Below, piece after piece: positions 1 to 9,014 of a stretch of 32,000 nucleotides of DNA. Under the pieces are notes generated by a model. The model saw nothing but the letters and a program-made list of their open reading frames with translations. It was not told the DNA's origin and did not search any database. Numbering within the stretch: the first letter of the stretch is position 1; the number at the start of each line of letters is the position of its first letter. Source of the DNA: Pyrobaculum aerophilum str. IM2 (GTDB lineage: Archaea; Thermoproteota; Thermoprotei; Thermoproteales; Thermoproteaceae); contig NC_003364.1 in the NCBI RefSeq assembly GCF_000007225.1, positions 1,230,001-1,262,000 on the forward strand, written 5' to 3'. The position numbers were made by a program, and so were the translations under genes.

Positions 1-9
1 GTTGGGGCG

Positions 10-1095
10 ATGAGGCGTTACGCGGGAGTACTGGCATACATCGCCAGCGTTTTAGTGGTCTGGGCTACTGGCCGTGATGTGAATAGCTATATGCTCACCA
101 CCGCAGTGGACATTTCGATATACGTGCTCATAACGCTTTCGCTAAACTTAGAGGCGGGCATCGCCGGGATACCCAACTTCGGGAGAGTTTTAACAGTGGC
201 ATTCGGCGCATATATCGCGGGGGGCGTGCTGGGCAGAATAGCCCTCTGGGCGCTGGGGCTTAATTACGATTACGTCGCCGATAACCCAACCGCGGTATCT
301 GCGCTGTCTAAAACTCTCACGCCCCCAATGGCAGCCCTGCTGTTATTAGCTGGGTTGTTTCTAGCGGGCATTGTAGGCGCGGCTATTGGCGTCGCGTCCT
401 CATTCCCCGCGAGGAGGCTGACGGCGGATTATCTGGCGATTACCCTACTGGCCTTTGGCGACGTGGCATATTACATAGGTCTTAACTACGAGCCCCTCGT
501 AGGCGGAACGCTAGGCGTTTCAGCGCCTCCTATTTACGAGGGCATTTTCGGAGGCGGCGTCATGAGGGCCGTGGGCGCCGCCTTGGTCTCCGCATCTGTG
601 GCGACGGCCACATACGCCTTGTTTACAAGGCTGGACAAGTCCCCATTTGGGAGAATTTTAAGAGTCCACAGGGAAGATCCCGAGTTAGTGTCCATGTTGG
701 GGAGAGACCCGGCGGCACTACGGGGGTGGGCCATGGCAATTGGAGGGGCCGCGTCTGCAGTCGCAGGGCTTTTATATGCATTATACGTCGGCGCGGTGCA
801 CCCCAGGGGCTTTGAGAGAATTAACTTCACCTTCTATCCGTGGCTTATAATGGTAATGGGCGGCATGGGGAGCAACCGCGGCGTTTTAGAAGGCGTATTT
901 ATATTTATTGTGATCTACCGCCTCCTCGATATATACAAGTATGAAGTCGGCAACGTTGTTGGTTTTGACCCTGTTTGGCTAGGCTATATTCTCTTCGGCG
1001 CGTTAGCCATGTTAGTAATTGTGACAATGCCCCGGGGGGTAGTCCCAGAGGAAGCAAAACCGCTTATTGAGATAAAGAGGCGCGGAGAGGAATGA
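10..1095 (+). CDS. ABC transporter permease, branched-chain amino acid type (LivM/LivH-like)
   Basis: 361-aa polytopic membrane ORF rich in G/A/L/I/V. Its length and hydrophobic pattern resemble LivM-type permeases. Assignment is by recollection of the family only. Confidence 0.55.
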   Translation: MRRYAGVLAYIASVLVVWATGRDVNSYMLTTAVDISIYVLITLSLNLEAGIAGIPNFGRVLTVAFGAYIAGGVLGRIALWALGLNYDYVADNPTAVSALSKTLTPPMAALLLLAGLFLAGIVGAAIGVASSFPARRLTADYLAITLLAFGDVAYYIGLNYEPLVGGTLGVSAPPIYEGIFGGGVMRAVGAALVSASVATATYALFTRLDKSPFGRILRVHREDPELVSMLGRDPAALRGWAMAIGGAASAVAGLLYALYVGAVHPRGFERINFTFYPWLIMVMGGMGSNRGVLEGVFIFIVIYRLLDIYKYEVGNVVGFDPVWLGYILFGALAMLVIVTMPRGVVPEEAKPLIEIKRRGEE

Positions 1096-1205
1096 GGCGA
1101 ATTCCCCTCTTGTAATAATTCGAAATTGGTTCGGAATAGAAATACTTAAAAATACATGATATAGAGGTACTCAAGACGTCTGAAGTAAAAGGCCCGTATC
1201 TGGGG

Positions 1206-1751
1206 ATGAAAATACCAGAAGATCTATGCTTCAACACCGACCACGGCCCGAAATGCTTTAAGGACTATAAGGGCAAGTGGCTGTTGCTTTTCAGCCACCC
1301 GGCGGACTTCACCCCCGTGTGCACCACGGAGTTCGTGGCGTTTAGCAGGAAATATGAGGAGTTTAAGAAAAGAGGCGTCGAGCTGTTAGGCCTCAGCGTT
1401 GATACAAACTACAGCCACATTGAGTGGAAGAGGCAGATTGAGCAAGCATTCGGCGTCAAAGTGCCCTTCCCCATAATCGCAGATGTGGATATGAAAGTCG
1501 CCAGCATTTTCAACGCCGTGCCGCCGGGGCAAAACCTCACAGTGAGAACTGTCGCGTTGATAGACCCAGACTTAAAGCTCGCGTGGTTCGCGGCCTATCC
1601 CTACACCAACGGCCGTAATATCGACGAGATCCTCAGAGTTATCGACGCAATTCAATTCTCATATAAATACGGCTACGCCACGCCGGCAGACTGGAAGCCG
1701 GGCGACCCTGTTATCGTCCCACCGCCGCCTACCACAGAAGGGGCCGCGTAG
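1206..1751 (+). CDS. Peroxiredoxin (AhpC/TSA family, archaeal Prx6-like)
   Basis: Peroxidatic-Cys motif FSHPADFTPVCTTEF, plus LGLSVDTNYSHIEW and PFPIIAD. The upstream in-frame extension has no alternative start codon. Confidence 0.85.
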   Translation: MKIPEDLCFNTDHGPKCFKDYKGKWLLLFSHPADFTPVCTTEFVAFSRKYEEFKKRGVELLGLSVDTNYSHIEWKRQIEQAFGVKVPFPIIADVDMKVASIFNAVPPGQNLTVRTVALIDPDLKLAWFAAYPYTNGRNIDEILRVIDAIQFSYKYGYATPADWKPGDPVIVPPPPTTEGAA

Positions 1752-2137
1752 GCGGCTCTCCACATCTGCCAGGGCAATCCCACGTCGGCATATATACAGC
1801 CAGCAGGCGCCCTCCCCCTAACCGGCTTGTCTACTATAATCCCCATGTCGAGCTTAAAGCGGTAGACAAATCTGTCAAAAGCGGCAAACGCCGCGAAGAA
1901 CCACGCAGTTCTCTCCTCGAGGGATATCCTCACCACGTCGCCAAACCACTGGTTAAGCCAGATGGTCTTGCTCCTGGCAATATCCCCAAGCTCTTTAAGA
2001 GAAATCTCAACTGCGAGAGAGGGGCGGCCTTTCCACATGCCGCCGTATACCACTTCTTTAAATTCTGCGTCTTTCTCCACATCTCCTATACGTATTTTCA
2101 AAACACCCTTTACCTCAGCCCTGGAGCGCAACTCCAC
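1673..2137 (-). CDS. Hypothetical protein; the C-terminal tail overlaps the peroxiredoxin 3' end
   Basis: 154-aa ORF 23 nt downstream of the SDR gene on the same strand. The first ~110 aa look protein-like. The last ~26 aa are antisense to the peroxiredoxin gene and low complexity. Confidence 0.4.
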   Translation of the reverse strand: MELRSRAEVKGVLKIRIGDVEKDAEFKEVVYGGMWKGRPSLAVEISLKELGDIARSKTIWLNQWFGDVVRISLEERTAWFFAAFAAFDRFVYRFKLDMGIIVDKPVRGRAPAGCIYADVGLPWQMWRAAYAAPSVVGGGGTITGSPGFQSAGVA

Positions 2138-2160
2138 TTACCTCCAGCCGTGTGGAAAAT

Positions 2161-2892
2161 TTAACCGTACCAGCCTCCATTTACGTCTATAAAGGCCCCG
2201 TTTATATAAGATGCGCCGTCGCTGACAAGAAAAGCGATTACCTCAGCCACCTCTTCGGGCTTTCCAACCCGCCTCATGTATACCATGTTTCTAGCCCACG
2301 CATCTATGTCCCCCGTCTGCGCCTTTTCGTGAAACGGCGTGTTTATTAGGCCGGGGAGAACGGCAACTACTCTTATGCCCCTGGGCCCCAGCTCCTTAGC
2401 CAGCGCCCTCGTTAGCCCCAAGAGACCGGCTTTTGCCGCGGCGTACGCGAAGGCGCCGCGCCCCCCTCCAGTATACGCAGCAATTGAGCTTACATATACG
2501 ACGACTCCTTTCTCCATCATAGGGACGAAGAGCTTTGTGGCGATGTACGCGCTAGTGAGGTTTAAATCTATTAGAGTTTTCCAGTAGTCTAAGTCGGACT
2601 CATCAAGATTCCTCCGCTGGGGTAGGCCGCCGGCATTGGCCACCAACGCGTCTACCTTGCCAAAAACGCGGCGCACTTCGTCGGCAAAAGCCCTCATCTC
2701 CTCCCAAGAAGTCGCGTCGGCCCGCCTGTACAGAATCCTAACGCCGTGGGATTCCGCCTCCTTTGCCACGGCCTCCGCCACTCTTTCGCTTTTTAAATAA
2801 GTAAAAGCAACGTCGTACCCCCTTTTGGCGAGCGTTTTCACCACGGCGGCGCCAATACCTGTGGAGCCCCCCGTGACGACGGCAACGGGCAT
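2161..2892 (-). CDS. Short-chain dehydrogenase/reductase (FabG-like)
   Basis: N-terminal VVTGGSTGIGAA (TGxxxGxG) and catalytic YAAAKAG (YxxxK). The 243-aa length is typical of classical SDRs. Confidence 0.85.
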   Translation of the reverse strand: MPVAVVTGGSTGIGAAVVKTLAKRGYDVAFTYLKSERVAEAVAKEAESHGVRILYRRADATSWEEMRAFADEVRRVFGKVDALVANAGGLPQRRNLDESDLDYWKTLIDLNLTSAYIATKLFVPMMEKGVVVYVSSIAAYTGGGRGAFAYAAAKAGLLGLTRALAKELGPRGIRVVAVLPGLINTPFHEKAQTGDIDAWARNMVYMRRVGKPEEVAEVIAFLVSDGASYINGAFIDVNGGWYG

Positions 2893-2918
2893 ATGTAAAA
2901 TAAGTTGTATTTATTTAC

Positions 2919-3419
2919 GTGACTGTCGCCGGAATTGACCTCGCTGTTAAAAAGCCCACTGCCATTGCAGTATTAGAGGAGTGTCAATTGCTCTACTTAG
3001 GCCTTGCAGATACCGACGAGGAAATAGTCTACACAACCTCTCTCTTTAAGCCCTCAGTAGTGGCAATAGACGCCCCTCTCACACTGCCAGAGGAGGGGAA
3101 GTGGGTTAGAGATGTTGAGGTAGAGCTCCGCAGTCTGGGCTATAGGCTACTCCCCCCGCTCCTCGGCCCAATGAAATCGCTCACAGAGCGGGGGATTAGG
3201 ATTAGCCGCATGTTCAGCGCCGAGGTAATTGAAATACACCCAGCCACTAGTCTTAAAGCAATGGGCTTGACGCGGGAGGACCTGCGCCGCAAATTCGGCG
3301 TAAGGCACAGAGATCTCATAGACGCAATAGCGGCCGCGCTGACGGCAACGGCGTATAAACTAGGCCATTACAAGAGATATGGCCCCTTTGTCCTCCCCAA
3401 CGCCAGAGTCTGCATCTAA
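2919..3419 (+). CDS. Predicted RNase H-fold nuclease-like protein (DUF429-like)
   Basis: GTG start. VAGIDLA near the N-terminus, VVAIDAPLTLP and EIHPATSLKA match my recollection of the DUF429/COG2410 pattern. Not verified. Confidence 0.4.
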   Translation: MTVAGIDLAVKKPTAIAVLEECQLLYLGLADTDEEIVYTTSLFKPSVVAIDAPLTLPEEGKWVRDVEVELRSLGYRLLPPLLGPMKSLTERGIRISRMFSAEVIEIHPATSLKAMGLTREDLRRKFGVRHRDLIDAIAAALTATAYKLGHYKRYGPFVLPNARVCI

Positions 3420-3900
3420 ACGCCGATCTCTGCGAGGAGTGTGGCCATTAAAGCGCCTTATAAAAATCCAAGGCCTTTCCCTCAGCTCCACACACCCCAG
3501 CCTCTTGTAAAGACAGAGTGCTACCCTATTGACGTGTAAGTAGGCCGCCGCGCCTGAGGCCAGGGCATCTCTTGTAATAGCCGACGTGACTATTTTCCCA
3601 TAGCCAAGCCCCTATACTCAGGCAGGGTAGACACACCGCCTATAAGCTAGATCTCAGGTAGCGCGATATATCTGCATGCAATCACTACTATTTTGACCTC
3701 TCTAAAAATTCCGCGTTTTAAGCGACTCCTCTGCCAGCTCTCTGCTAATCTCTACTCCCTGGGCCTTTTCAGCTCGATAAATTGCACTACGTGGCGCCTT
3801 GGGTCAAGCCTCACAGAGCCGCTGTGCTTTTAGAGACCGTCTCCCTTATGAGGGTGGTAGCGCCCGACGTGAATCGCGAGATGATCCGGCCCCCGCCATA
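3420..3900 (-). pseudogene. Degraded GNAT-family N-acetyltransferase
   Basis: Minus-strand translation gives ...VYPA*V*GLGYGKIVTSAITRDALASGAAAYLHVNRVALCLYKRLGCVELRERPWIFIRRF. This is the GNAT motif A (R/Q-x-x-G-x-G) region followed by the C-terminal YxxxGF-like segment. Upstream frames are broken by several stops and shifts, and no intact ORF of 60 aa or more exists here. Confidence 0.45.
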
Positions 3901-4086
3901 TTAAAATACGCCTTTCGTTAAAATCGGCGTACATATATACGTCTTGTCCAGTTGATACAAGAGATCATTGAGCAAATAGGCGCGATCATGGGGGTTTTGT
4001 CTATATAGTCTTAGGATACCTCGGTATATAAGAATCGAGTTCCTCTAAACTAACTCTTCTCCGGCCGATTCCCTCTTACACTGCCC

Positions 4087-5175
4087 TTAGCGCCTAAATC
4101 TACTGGCCGAGAGTGCATCTACTCCGCGTCTCCCCAGGGCGAGGTCTGCGGCGAGTTTGCCTAGGGCTGGTCCGTACGTCCAGCCCAGGCGGCATGCGCC
4201 GGTTACCACGACCACAGAGCCTATTCTGTCCACGACGGGAAAGCCGTCTGGAGTACATGGCCTGTAGCCGACGGCCATATCTATGACGTTGAAATCCCCC
4301 AACACCTCCCTGGCCCGTTGTAATACCCTCTGCGAGGGGCCGTGGTCACTGGTGCCGTCTAAATCGAAACGCCCCGTCACTTTAGTCCACTTGGACAGGG
4401 GGACTACCGCCACCCCCTTTGCCATTTCTACAAACATCTTGTCGGCCTTGGCGTTAGTCCTAAACCCGTAGCCTTTAAACGGCGCCACGGGGATCCCCAG
4501 CCTCCTGGCCCAGTACCCCGCAGCCACAACTACGCCGTCTCCATGAATTACGCCGCCGCCTTCCAGCCACACCTCTCTCCCCGCCACTTCCTCAACTCTT
4601 TTGTTCACTACCTCCACCCCCTCTAGCTCTTTTAACATTCTCTCAATAAAGGCATCTGTGGAGAGCTTAGCGGCGTCTAGATAGGCCAAGGCCTCTCTGC
4701 CGCAACACGTCCCGGCCTCGACTTTGGGCGACAGCGGGTCTCTCTTCGCCTCCTCAAGCGCCTTCCCCACATCAATGCCGATTTCATACAGCGGCTCCTC
4801 GGCGTAGTCGAAGTCATTTCGCTCCTCCGCCAGCGCTCTGTACTGCCGCCGGGAGAAATCGCCTAAAGCCCTGACGGCCTCCCACATTTCTTGACTCGGC
4901 TCCTTGCCCCAGACCCTCAAATATGTAGAAATCCAGCCCCAGTCCCAAGTCTTTACTCTGGCGTCTCCGCGGAGCATCATGCTGATATACCTTCTGGGGT
5001 AGGCGCGGACGTTTATGCGGTTAATGACAAAACGCGTGAACTCCAAGATCCCCGCGGCGGCCCTGGACCAATCCCCCGGCCTGCCCTGTTCTATTATTAC
5101 CACATCTGCCCCCTCTTTTTTTAAGAAAAAGGCAGTGAAGAGGCCTACAATCCCGCCTCCGACTACTATAATCAT
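4087..5175 (-). CDS. FAD-dependent oxidoreductase (glycine/D-amino-acid oxidase-like)
   Basis: N-terminal dinucleotide-binding fingerprint MIIVVGGGIVGL...EQG. The 362-aa length and C-terminal GACRLGW region are typical of the DAO family. Confidence 0.8.
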   Translation of the reverse strand: MIIVVGGGIVGLFTAFFLKKEGADVVIIEQGRPGDWSRAAAGILEFTRFVINRINVRAYPRRYISMMLRGDARVKTWDWGWISTYLRVWGKEPSQEMWEAVRALGDFSRRQYRALAEERNDFDYAEEPLYEIGIDVGKALEEAKRDPLSPKVEAGTCCGREALAYLDAAKLSTDAFIERMLKELEGVEVVNKRVEEVAGREVWLEGGGVIHGDGVVVAAGYWARRLGIPVAPFKGYGFRTNAKADKMFVEMAKGVAVVPLSKWTKVTGRFDLDGTSDHGPSQRVLQRAREVLGDFNVIDMAVGYRPCTPDGFPVVDRIGSVVVVTGACRLGWTYGPALGKLAADLALGRRGVDALSASRFRR

Positions 5176-5211
5176 GAATATAATGTTATAAACGCGTTTT
5201 AATATATTGAC

Positions 5212-6060
5212 ATGAAATCCCTAGCGCTTACAGTAATAGCGCTAATCATCGGCCTTGTAATAGGCTATTTCCTCGGAATATACTCTACACCTCAGCCTGC
5301 CGCCACAACAACCACTCCCCAGACGACACAGACTCCCCAGTGCCGGGTGTCTGTAGACGCCATTAAAAAGCGCGGCAAACTCATCGTGGGGACAGACGCC
5401 ACGTGGCCTCCCTGGGAGTGGGTTATGGGCAATCAAATTGTGGGCTGGGACGTAGACATCGCAAGAGAAATAGCAAACGCCCTCGGCGTACAGCTGGAGT
5501 TACGCGATATGAGGTTCGCAGGGCTGTTAGAGGCCGTGAGAAATGGAGACGTAGACCTCGCCATAAGCGCAATTACGTGGACTACGGAGAGGGAGAAAGT
5601 GTTGGAGTTCTCCATGCCGTACTACCTCGAGTCTATTGTGGTAGTCACTAAGGCCAGCCGCACTGATATAAATAAAGTGGAGGACCTCTACGGAAAAACC
5701 GTCGGGGTTCAGATAGGCACTACCCACGAGGAGTGGGCCGCGACAAATTTAGAAAAACCAGGCAAGGCGTCGGTTAGGAGATACGACAAGGTATACCCGT
5801 ATATGGTTGAGGTGTTGAGGAGGGGGGACGTCGACGCCATAATTCTCGACAGATCTATCGCCACTGCGCTGGTGAGGAAATTCCCCGATTTAAAAATAGC
5901 GTTTGAGCTACCTGGCTCCGCGGGCTATATATCAGTGGCAATGCCTAAATGCGCCCAGGATTTGAAACTAGTAGTAAATCAAGTGATTGAGAACTTAATA
6001 CAGACTGGGAAGCTGGACCAGATAATGCAAAAGAACTTCGAGCTGTTCCTCCAGTCGTAA
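5212..6060 (+). CDS. Polar amino acid ABC transporter substrate-binding protein
   Basis: N-terminal TM anchor, a T/P/Q-rich linker ([17 protein letters not shown]), then the family-3 SBP pattern ([38 protein letters not shown]). Confidence 0.8.
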   Translation: MKSLALTVIALIIGLVIGYFLGIYSTPQPAATTTTPQTTQTPQCRVSVDAIKKRGKLIVGTDATWPPWEWVMGNQIVGWDVDIAREIANALGVQLELRDMRFAGLLEAVRNGDVDLAISAITWTTEREKVLEFSMPYYLESIVVVTKASRTDINKVEDLYGKTVGVQIGTTHEEWAATNLEKPGKASVRRYDKVYPYMVEVLRRGDVDAIILDRSIATALVRKFPDLKIAFELPGSAGYISVAMPKCAQDLKLVVNQVIENLIQTGKLDQIMQKNFELFLQS

Positions 6061-6062
6061 AA

Positions 6063-6071
6063 TTTTAAATA
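6063..6071 (+). promoter_or_regulatory. TATA-like box for the S14 gene (leaderless arrangement)
   Basis: TTTTAAATA centred about 25 nt upstream of the GTG at 6092. Confidence 0.45.
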
Positions 6072-6091
6072 GAGATCCCTTTTTCCTAGCC

Positions 6092-6256
6092 GTGCCCTCT
6101 ACAAAACCTCCTAAGGAGAGGCCCTACGGGAAGAGCAAAATTAGGTGTCTAAGGTGCGGCACGCGCGAGGCAGTGATACGCAAATACGGCCTCTATCTAT
6201 GCAGAAGGTGTTTTAGGGAGGTTGCCCCCCAACTAGGCTTCAAGAAGTACTACTAG
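6092..6256 (+). CDS. rps14: 30S ribosomal protein S14 (uS14, zinc-binding type)
   Basis: 54-aa ORF, too short for the supplied track: [54 protein letters not shown]. It has CxxC...CxxC and sits directly upstream of S8. Confidence 0.9.
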
Positions 6257-6260
6257 AAAT

Positions 6261-6270
6261 GTTTTTAAAG
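6261..6270 (+). promoter_or_regulatory. TATA-like box for the S8 gene
   Basis: GTTTTTAAAG centred about 25 nt upstream of the ATG at 6291. Confidence 0.45.
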
Positions 6271-6290
6271 TCGGAGGTTCGTCGTGGGTT

Positions 6291-6683
6291 ATGGTAATGC
6301 TGGACATACTATCAAACGCTTTGATTCAGATAAAAAACGCGGAGATCGTGGGGAAGAAGCAGGCGGTGATTTGGCCAGTGAACAAATTAACTTACTACAC
6401 TCTGCGCGTCTTGCAGAGATACGGTTATGTCGGCGAAATTGAATATATAGACGACGGCAAGGGGGGCAAGTATATAGTCCAGTTGCTCGGCAAGATAAAC
6501 GACATCGGCCCCATTAGGCCCCGATACCCAGTTAAATACAGAGAGATAGTGCAGTGGGAGCAGAAGTTCCTGCCTGCTAGGCAAATAGGTATTTTAATTA
6601 TCTCAACGAGCCAGGGCGTCATGTCGCACATAGAGGCAAAGGAGAGGAAAATAGGCGGAGTCCTCCTGGCTTACGTCTACTAA
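6291..6683 (+). CDS. rps8: 30S ribosomal protein S8 (uS8)
   Basis: [15 protein letters not shown]-terminus and the [10 protein letters not shown]-terminus typical of uS8; 130 aa. Confidence 0.95.
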
Positions 6684-6695
6684 AGTTTTAATATT
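6684..6695 (+). promoter_or_regulatory. TATA-like box for the L32e gene
   Basis: AGTTTTAATATT centred about 26 nt upstream of the GTG at 6716. Confidence 0.4.
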
Positions 6696-6715
6696 CTTAA
6701 AGTCTTTGCCCTTTC

Positions 6716-7174
6716 GTGTCTAGGCCAAGGAGAGAGCTCCCCCAGCCGCTCAAGAGGTTGTTAAAACTAAGGCTATTGTTAAAGAGGAAGAAGCCAGAGT
6801 TCGTGAGAATTGACCAGTGGAGGTATAAGAGAATAGAGGACAGCGGCTGGCGCAATACGCGCTCTATTGATAATAAAATACGGAGGAAGTGGAAGGGGTG
6901 GCCGAAGCCAGTTGAGGTGGGGTATAGAAAGCCCGCCGCAGTGCGCGGGCTCCACCCCAGCGGCTTTGTAGAAGTATTAGTACACAACGTGGAAGAGCTG
7001 GCCAAGCTCGATCCAAAGACGCATGCGATTAGAATAGGCAGAACGGTGGGGCTTAGGAAGAGGATAGAGATAGTAAAGAGGGCGAGGGAAATGGGCTTCT
7101 ACGTGTTAAACCCTGGGAAGAGGGTGGAGGAGGCGTTGAAAAAAGAGTTAAATACTGCTCAGACTGGGCAGTGA
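6716..7174 (+). CDS. rpl32e: 50S ribosomal protein L32e (eL32)
   Basis: WRKPRG-like core (WRNTRSIDNKIRRKWKGWPKPVEVGYRKP, GLHPSGF) and its position before L19e. Confidence 0.9.
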   Translation: MSRPRRELPQPLKRLLKLRLLLKRKKPEFVRIDQWRYKRIEDSGWRNTRSIDNKIRRKWKGWPKPVEVGYRKPAAVRGLHPSGFVEVLVHNVEELAKLDPKTHAIRIGRTVGLRKRIEIVKRAREMGFYVLNPGKRVEEALKKELNTAQTGQ

Positions 7175-7175
7175 T

Positions 7176-7619
7176 ATGGTCGACGTTAAGAGACTGGCGG
7201 CAGATATCCTCGGCGTCGGCGTCTCTAGGATAAAAATATCGCCCGAAGCCGCGGAGAGGTTAGAGGAAGTGGTCACTAAAGACGACGTTAGGGCGTTAAT
7301 AGATCAAGGCCTTATTTGGGCAGAGCCCGAAAGGGGAGTCTCCAGAGGTCGCTGGCGCGTGAGACATATAAAGAAAAAGAAGGGCAGGAGGAGGGGACAC
7401 GGCAGCAGAAAGGGGCCTAGGACAGACGAGGAGGAGGCGTGGAAGGAGAAAGTGCGGGCAATGAGGAGGTTTCTCAATACCCTCAAGAGAAAGGGCAAGT
7501 TGGAGCCGCGCGTGTGGCGCCAGCTGTACAGAATGGTCAAGGGCAATTACTTCCGCGACTTAGACCACTTAAAGACTTATATAAACGAGCACAAACTCGC
7601 CAAAGAGCCAGTTAGATAA
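7176..7619 (+). CDS. rpl19e: 50S ribosomal protein L19e (eL19)
   Basis: [22 protein letters not shown]-terminus and the basic [15 protein letters not shown] tract. Starts 1 nt after the L32e stop. Confidence 0.9.
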   Translation: MVDVKRLAADILGVGVSRIKISPEAAERLEEVVTKDDVRALIDQGLIWAEPERGVSRGRWRVRHIKKKKGRRRGHGSRKGPRTDEEEAWKEKVRAMRRFLNTLKRKGKLEPRVWRQLYRMVKGNYFRDLDHLKTYINEHKLAKEPVR

Positions 7620-7620
7620 T

Positions 7621-8238
7621 ATGGCGCGAAGCGGCAGGTACAAAGTCCCGTTTAGGCGCAGAAGGGAGGGGCTAACTAATTACAGAAAAAGGAGAAAACT
7701 CCTCCTGTCTAAAAAGCCAAGACTTGTTGTTAGGAAGACAAACAAACACATCATAGCGCAAATAGTAGTGGCCAAGCCCCAGGGCGACGTGACAATAGTT
7801 GGCGCCGACACGAGGATACTGGCTAAATTCGGTTGGAGGGGAGATGAGAACAACGTTGCAGCGGCGTATCTCCTGGGGCTAGTCGTGGGGTACAAGGCCA
7901 GAGCGCGCAGAGTGGAGGAGGCTATTTTAGACATCGGCTTGCACAGGCCGGCGCCGGGGGCCAGGGTTTTCGCCGTATTGAAGGGGGCGCTAGACGCCGG
8001 GCTTAAAATACCCCACGGAGAAGAGGTATTGCCAGATGAAGACAGGATAAAGGGCAAACACGTGGCCGAGTACGCAGAGAAGCTGAAAGAGGAAAACCCA
8101 GAGGCATATAAAGCGAGGTTCTCGAGATATTTACAGAGAGGGCTTGAGCCCGAAAAACTACCAGAGCACTTTGAAGAAGTCAAAAAGAAGATAGTGGAAT
8201 ACTACGAGAAAAAACTCGCAAAAGTCGCCGCACAATAA
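7621..8238 (+). CDS. rpl18: 50S ribosomal protein L18 (uL18)
   Basis: [23 protein letters not shown]-terminus and LDIGL...[16 protein letters not shown]. Starts 1 nt after the L19e stop. Confidence 0.9.
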   Translation: MARSGRYKVPFRRRREGLTNYRKRRKLLLSKKPRLVVRKTNKHIIAQIVVAKPQGDVTIVGADTRILAKFGWRGDENNVAAAYLLGLVVGYKARARRVEEAILDIGLHRPAPGARVFAVLKGALDAGLKIPHGEEVLPDEDRIKGKHVAEYAEKLKEENPEAYKARFSRYLQRGLEPEKLPEHFEEVKKKIVEYYEKKLAKVAAQ

Positions 8239-8269
8239 TTTTAACCCTTCGCACCTATTATCACGAGTG

Positions 8270-8308
8270 CCGCCGGAGAGCCGCGCGCCGCGGCCCCATG
8301 AGCGGCGG
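8270..8308. other. GC-rich nested stem-loop (candidate structured RNA or terminator-associated hairpin)
   Basis: CCGCCG (8270-8275) can pair with CGGCGG (8303-8308). This encloses the hairpin GCCGCG-CGC-CGCGGC (8280-8294). A T-rich tract follows. Confidence 0.25.
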
Positions 8309-8378
8309 TTCCCCGGCCATATTTCTCTTTAAACAACAATACCATAACAAGGTACATTAGTTTATAATACAATGTAAA

Positions 8379-8406
8379 GCCCCAGTAGCTCAGCCCGGTC
8401 GGAGCG
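8379..8406 (+). pseudogene. Duplicated 5' fragment of tRNA-Thr (acceptor 5' strand plus complete D-arm only)
   Basis: AAGCCCCaGTAGCTCAGCCCGGTCGGAGCG (8377-8406) matches 9013-9042 at 29 of 30 positions. No anticodon arm, T-arm or 3' acceptor strand follows. Confidence 0.6.
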
Positions 8407-8505
8407 TGCAGAAGGAAGTCTCCAAGCTACTGATTGAGGGGGTTTCACAAAACCTACAACACATATAAATAATTTCCCAGATACAGCAGTGCAGACGCTA
8501 AAAAA

Positions 8506-8937
8506 ATGCCTAGAGGAGATACCCAGAAGGCCGGGGACAGCTCACAGCTACATAATAGAATGGCTCGTGAAAAAACTAGAGGAGCCATGAAGCTCTACGC
8601 CTCCCTCGCCGTAATAACCGCCGTTTATGCCATCGCCCTAACTCTGTCAGCCACAGACAACCCGCAGGGAGTAGTGTGGAACGGCGTGATAGGCGCATTG
8701 CTCTCTCTGGCGTTGGCAATATCAACAGTGCCGCTGGGAGGACCGTTGCTCTACGAAACCGCATTACAAATACTCACATCAACTCTAAATCCGCCTATAG
8801 ATCTCGCCCTTTTAGTAACAGTCCTAAGAATTGCTTCCTGGGCCGTAAACTTAATATTCACCGCCGCGCTAATCCTCTACCTAATACGATGGAAAAGACC
8901 CCTCATGAGGAAAATCCTAAGGGTATTACTATTCTAA
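8506..8937 (+). CDS. Small hypothetical membrane protein (about 4 TM segments)
   Basis: 143-aa ORF with hydrophobic segments. CATATAAATAAT box at 8462-8473. An internal Met (MKLYASLAV...) is an alternative start. Confidence 0.45.
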   Translation: MPRGDTQKAGDSSQLHNRMAREKTRGAMKLYASLAVITAVYAIALTLSATDNPQGVVWNGVIGALLSLALAISTVPLGGPLLYETALQILTSTLNPPIDLALLVTVLRIASWAVNLIFTAALILYLIRWKRPLMRKILRVLLF

Positions 8938-9014
8938 AACCTTGACGAGACAGAAACTGTCCGCTGGCTTTTGAGGCAGAAAACTTAAAAACACGACGGA
9001 AAATATAGGGCGAA

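Noticed and set aside
7680-8183. 167-aa minus-strand ORF
   Set aside because: Entirely antisense to the ribosomal protein L18 gene.
8411-8420. GAAGGAAGTC, which resembles the RNase P RNA CR-I motif
   Set aside because: It sits directly after a near-exact copy of the tRNA-Thr 5' half. No partner P4 strand or other conserved RNase P regions could be identified.
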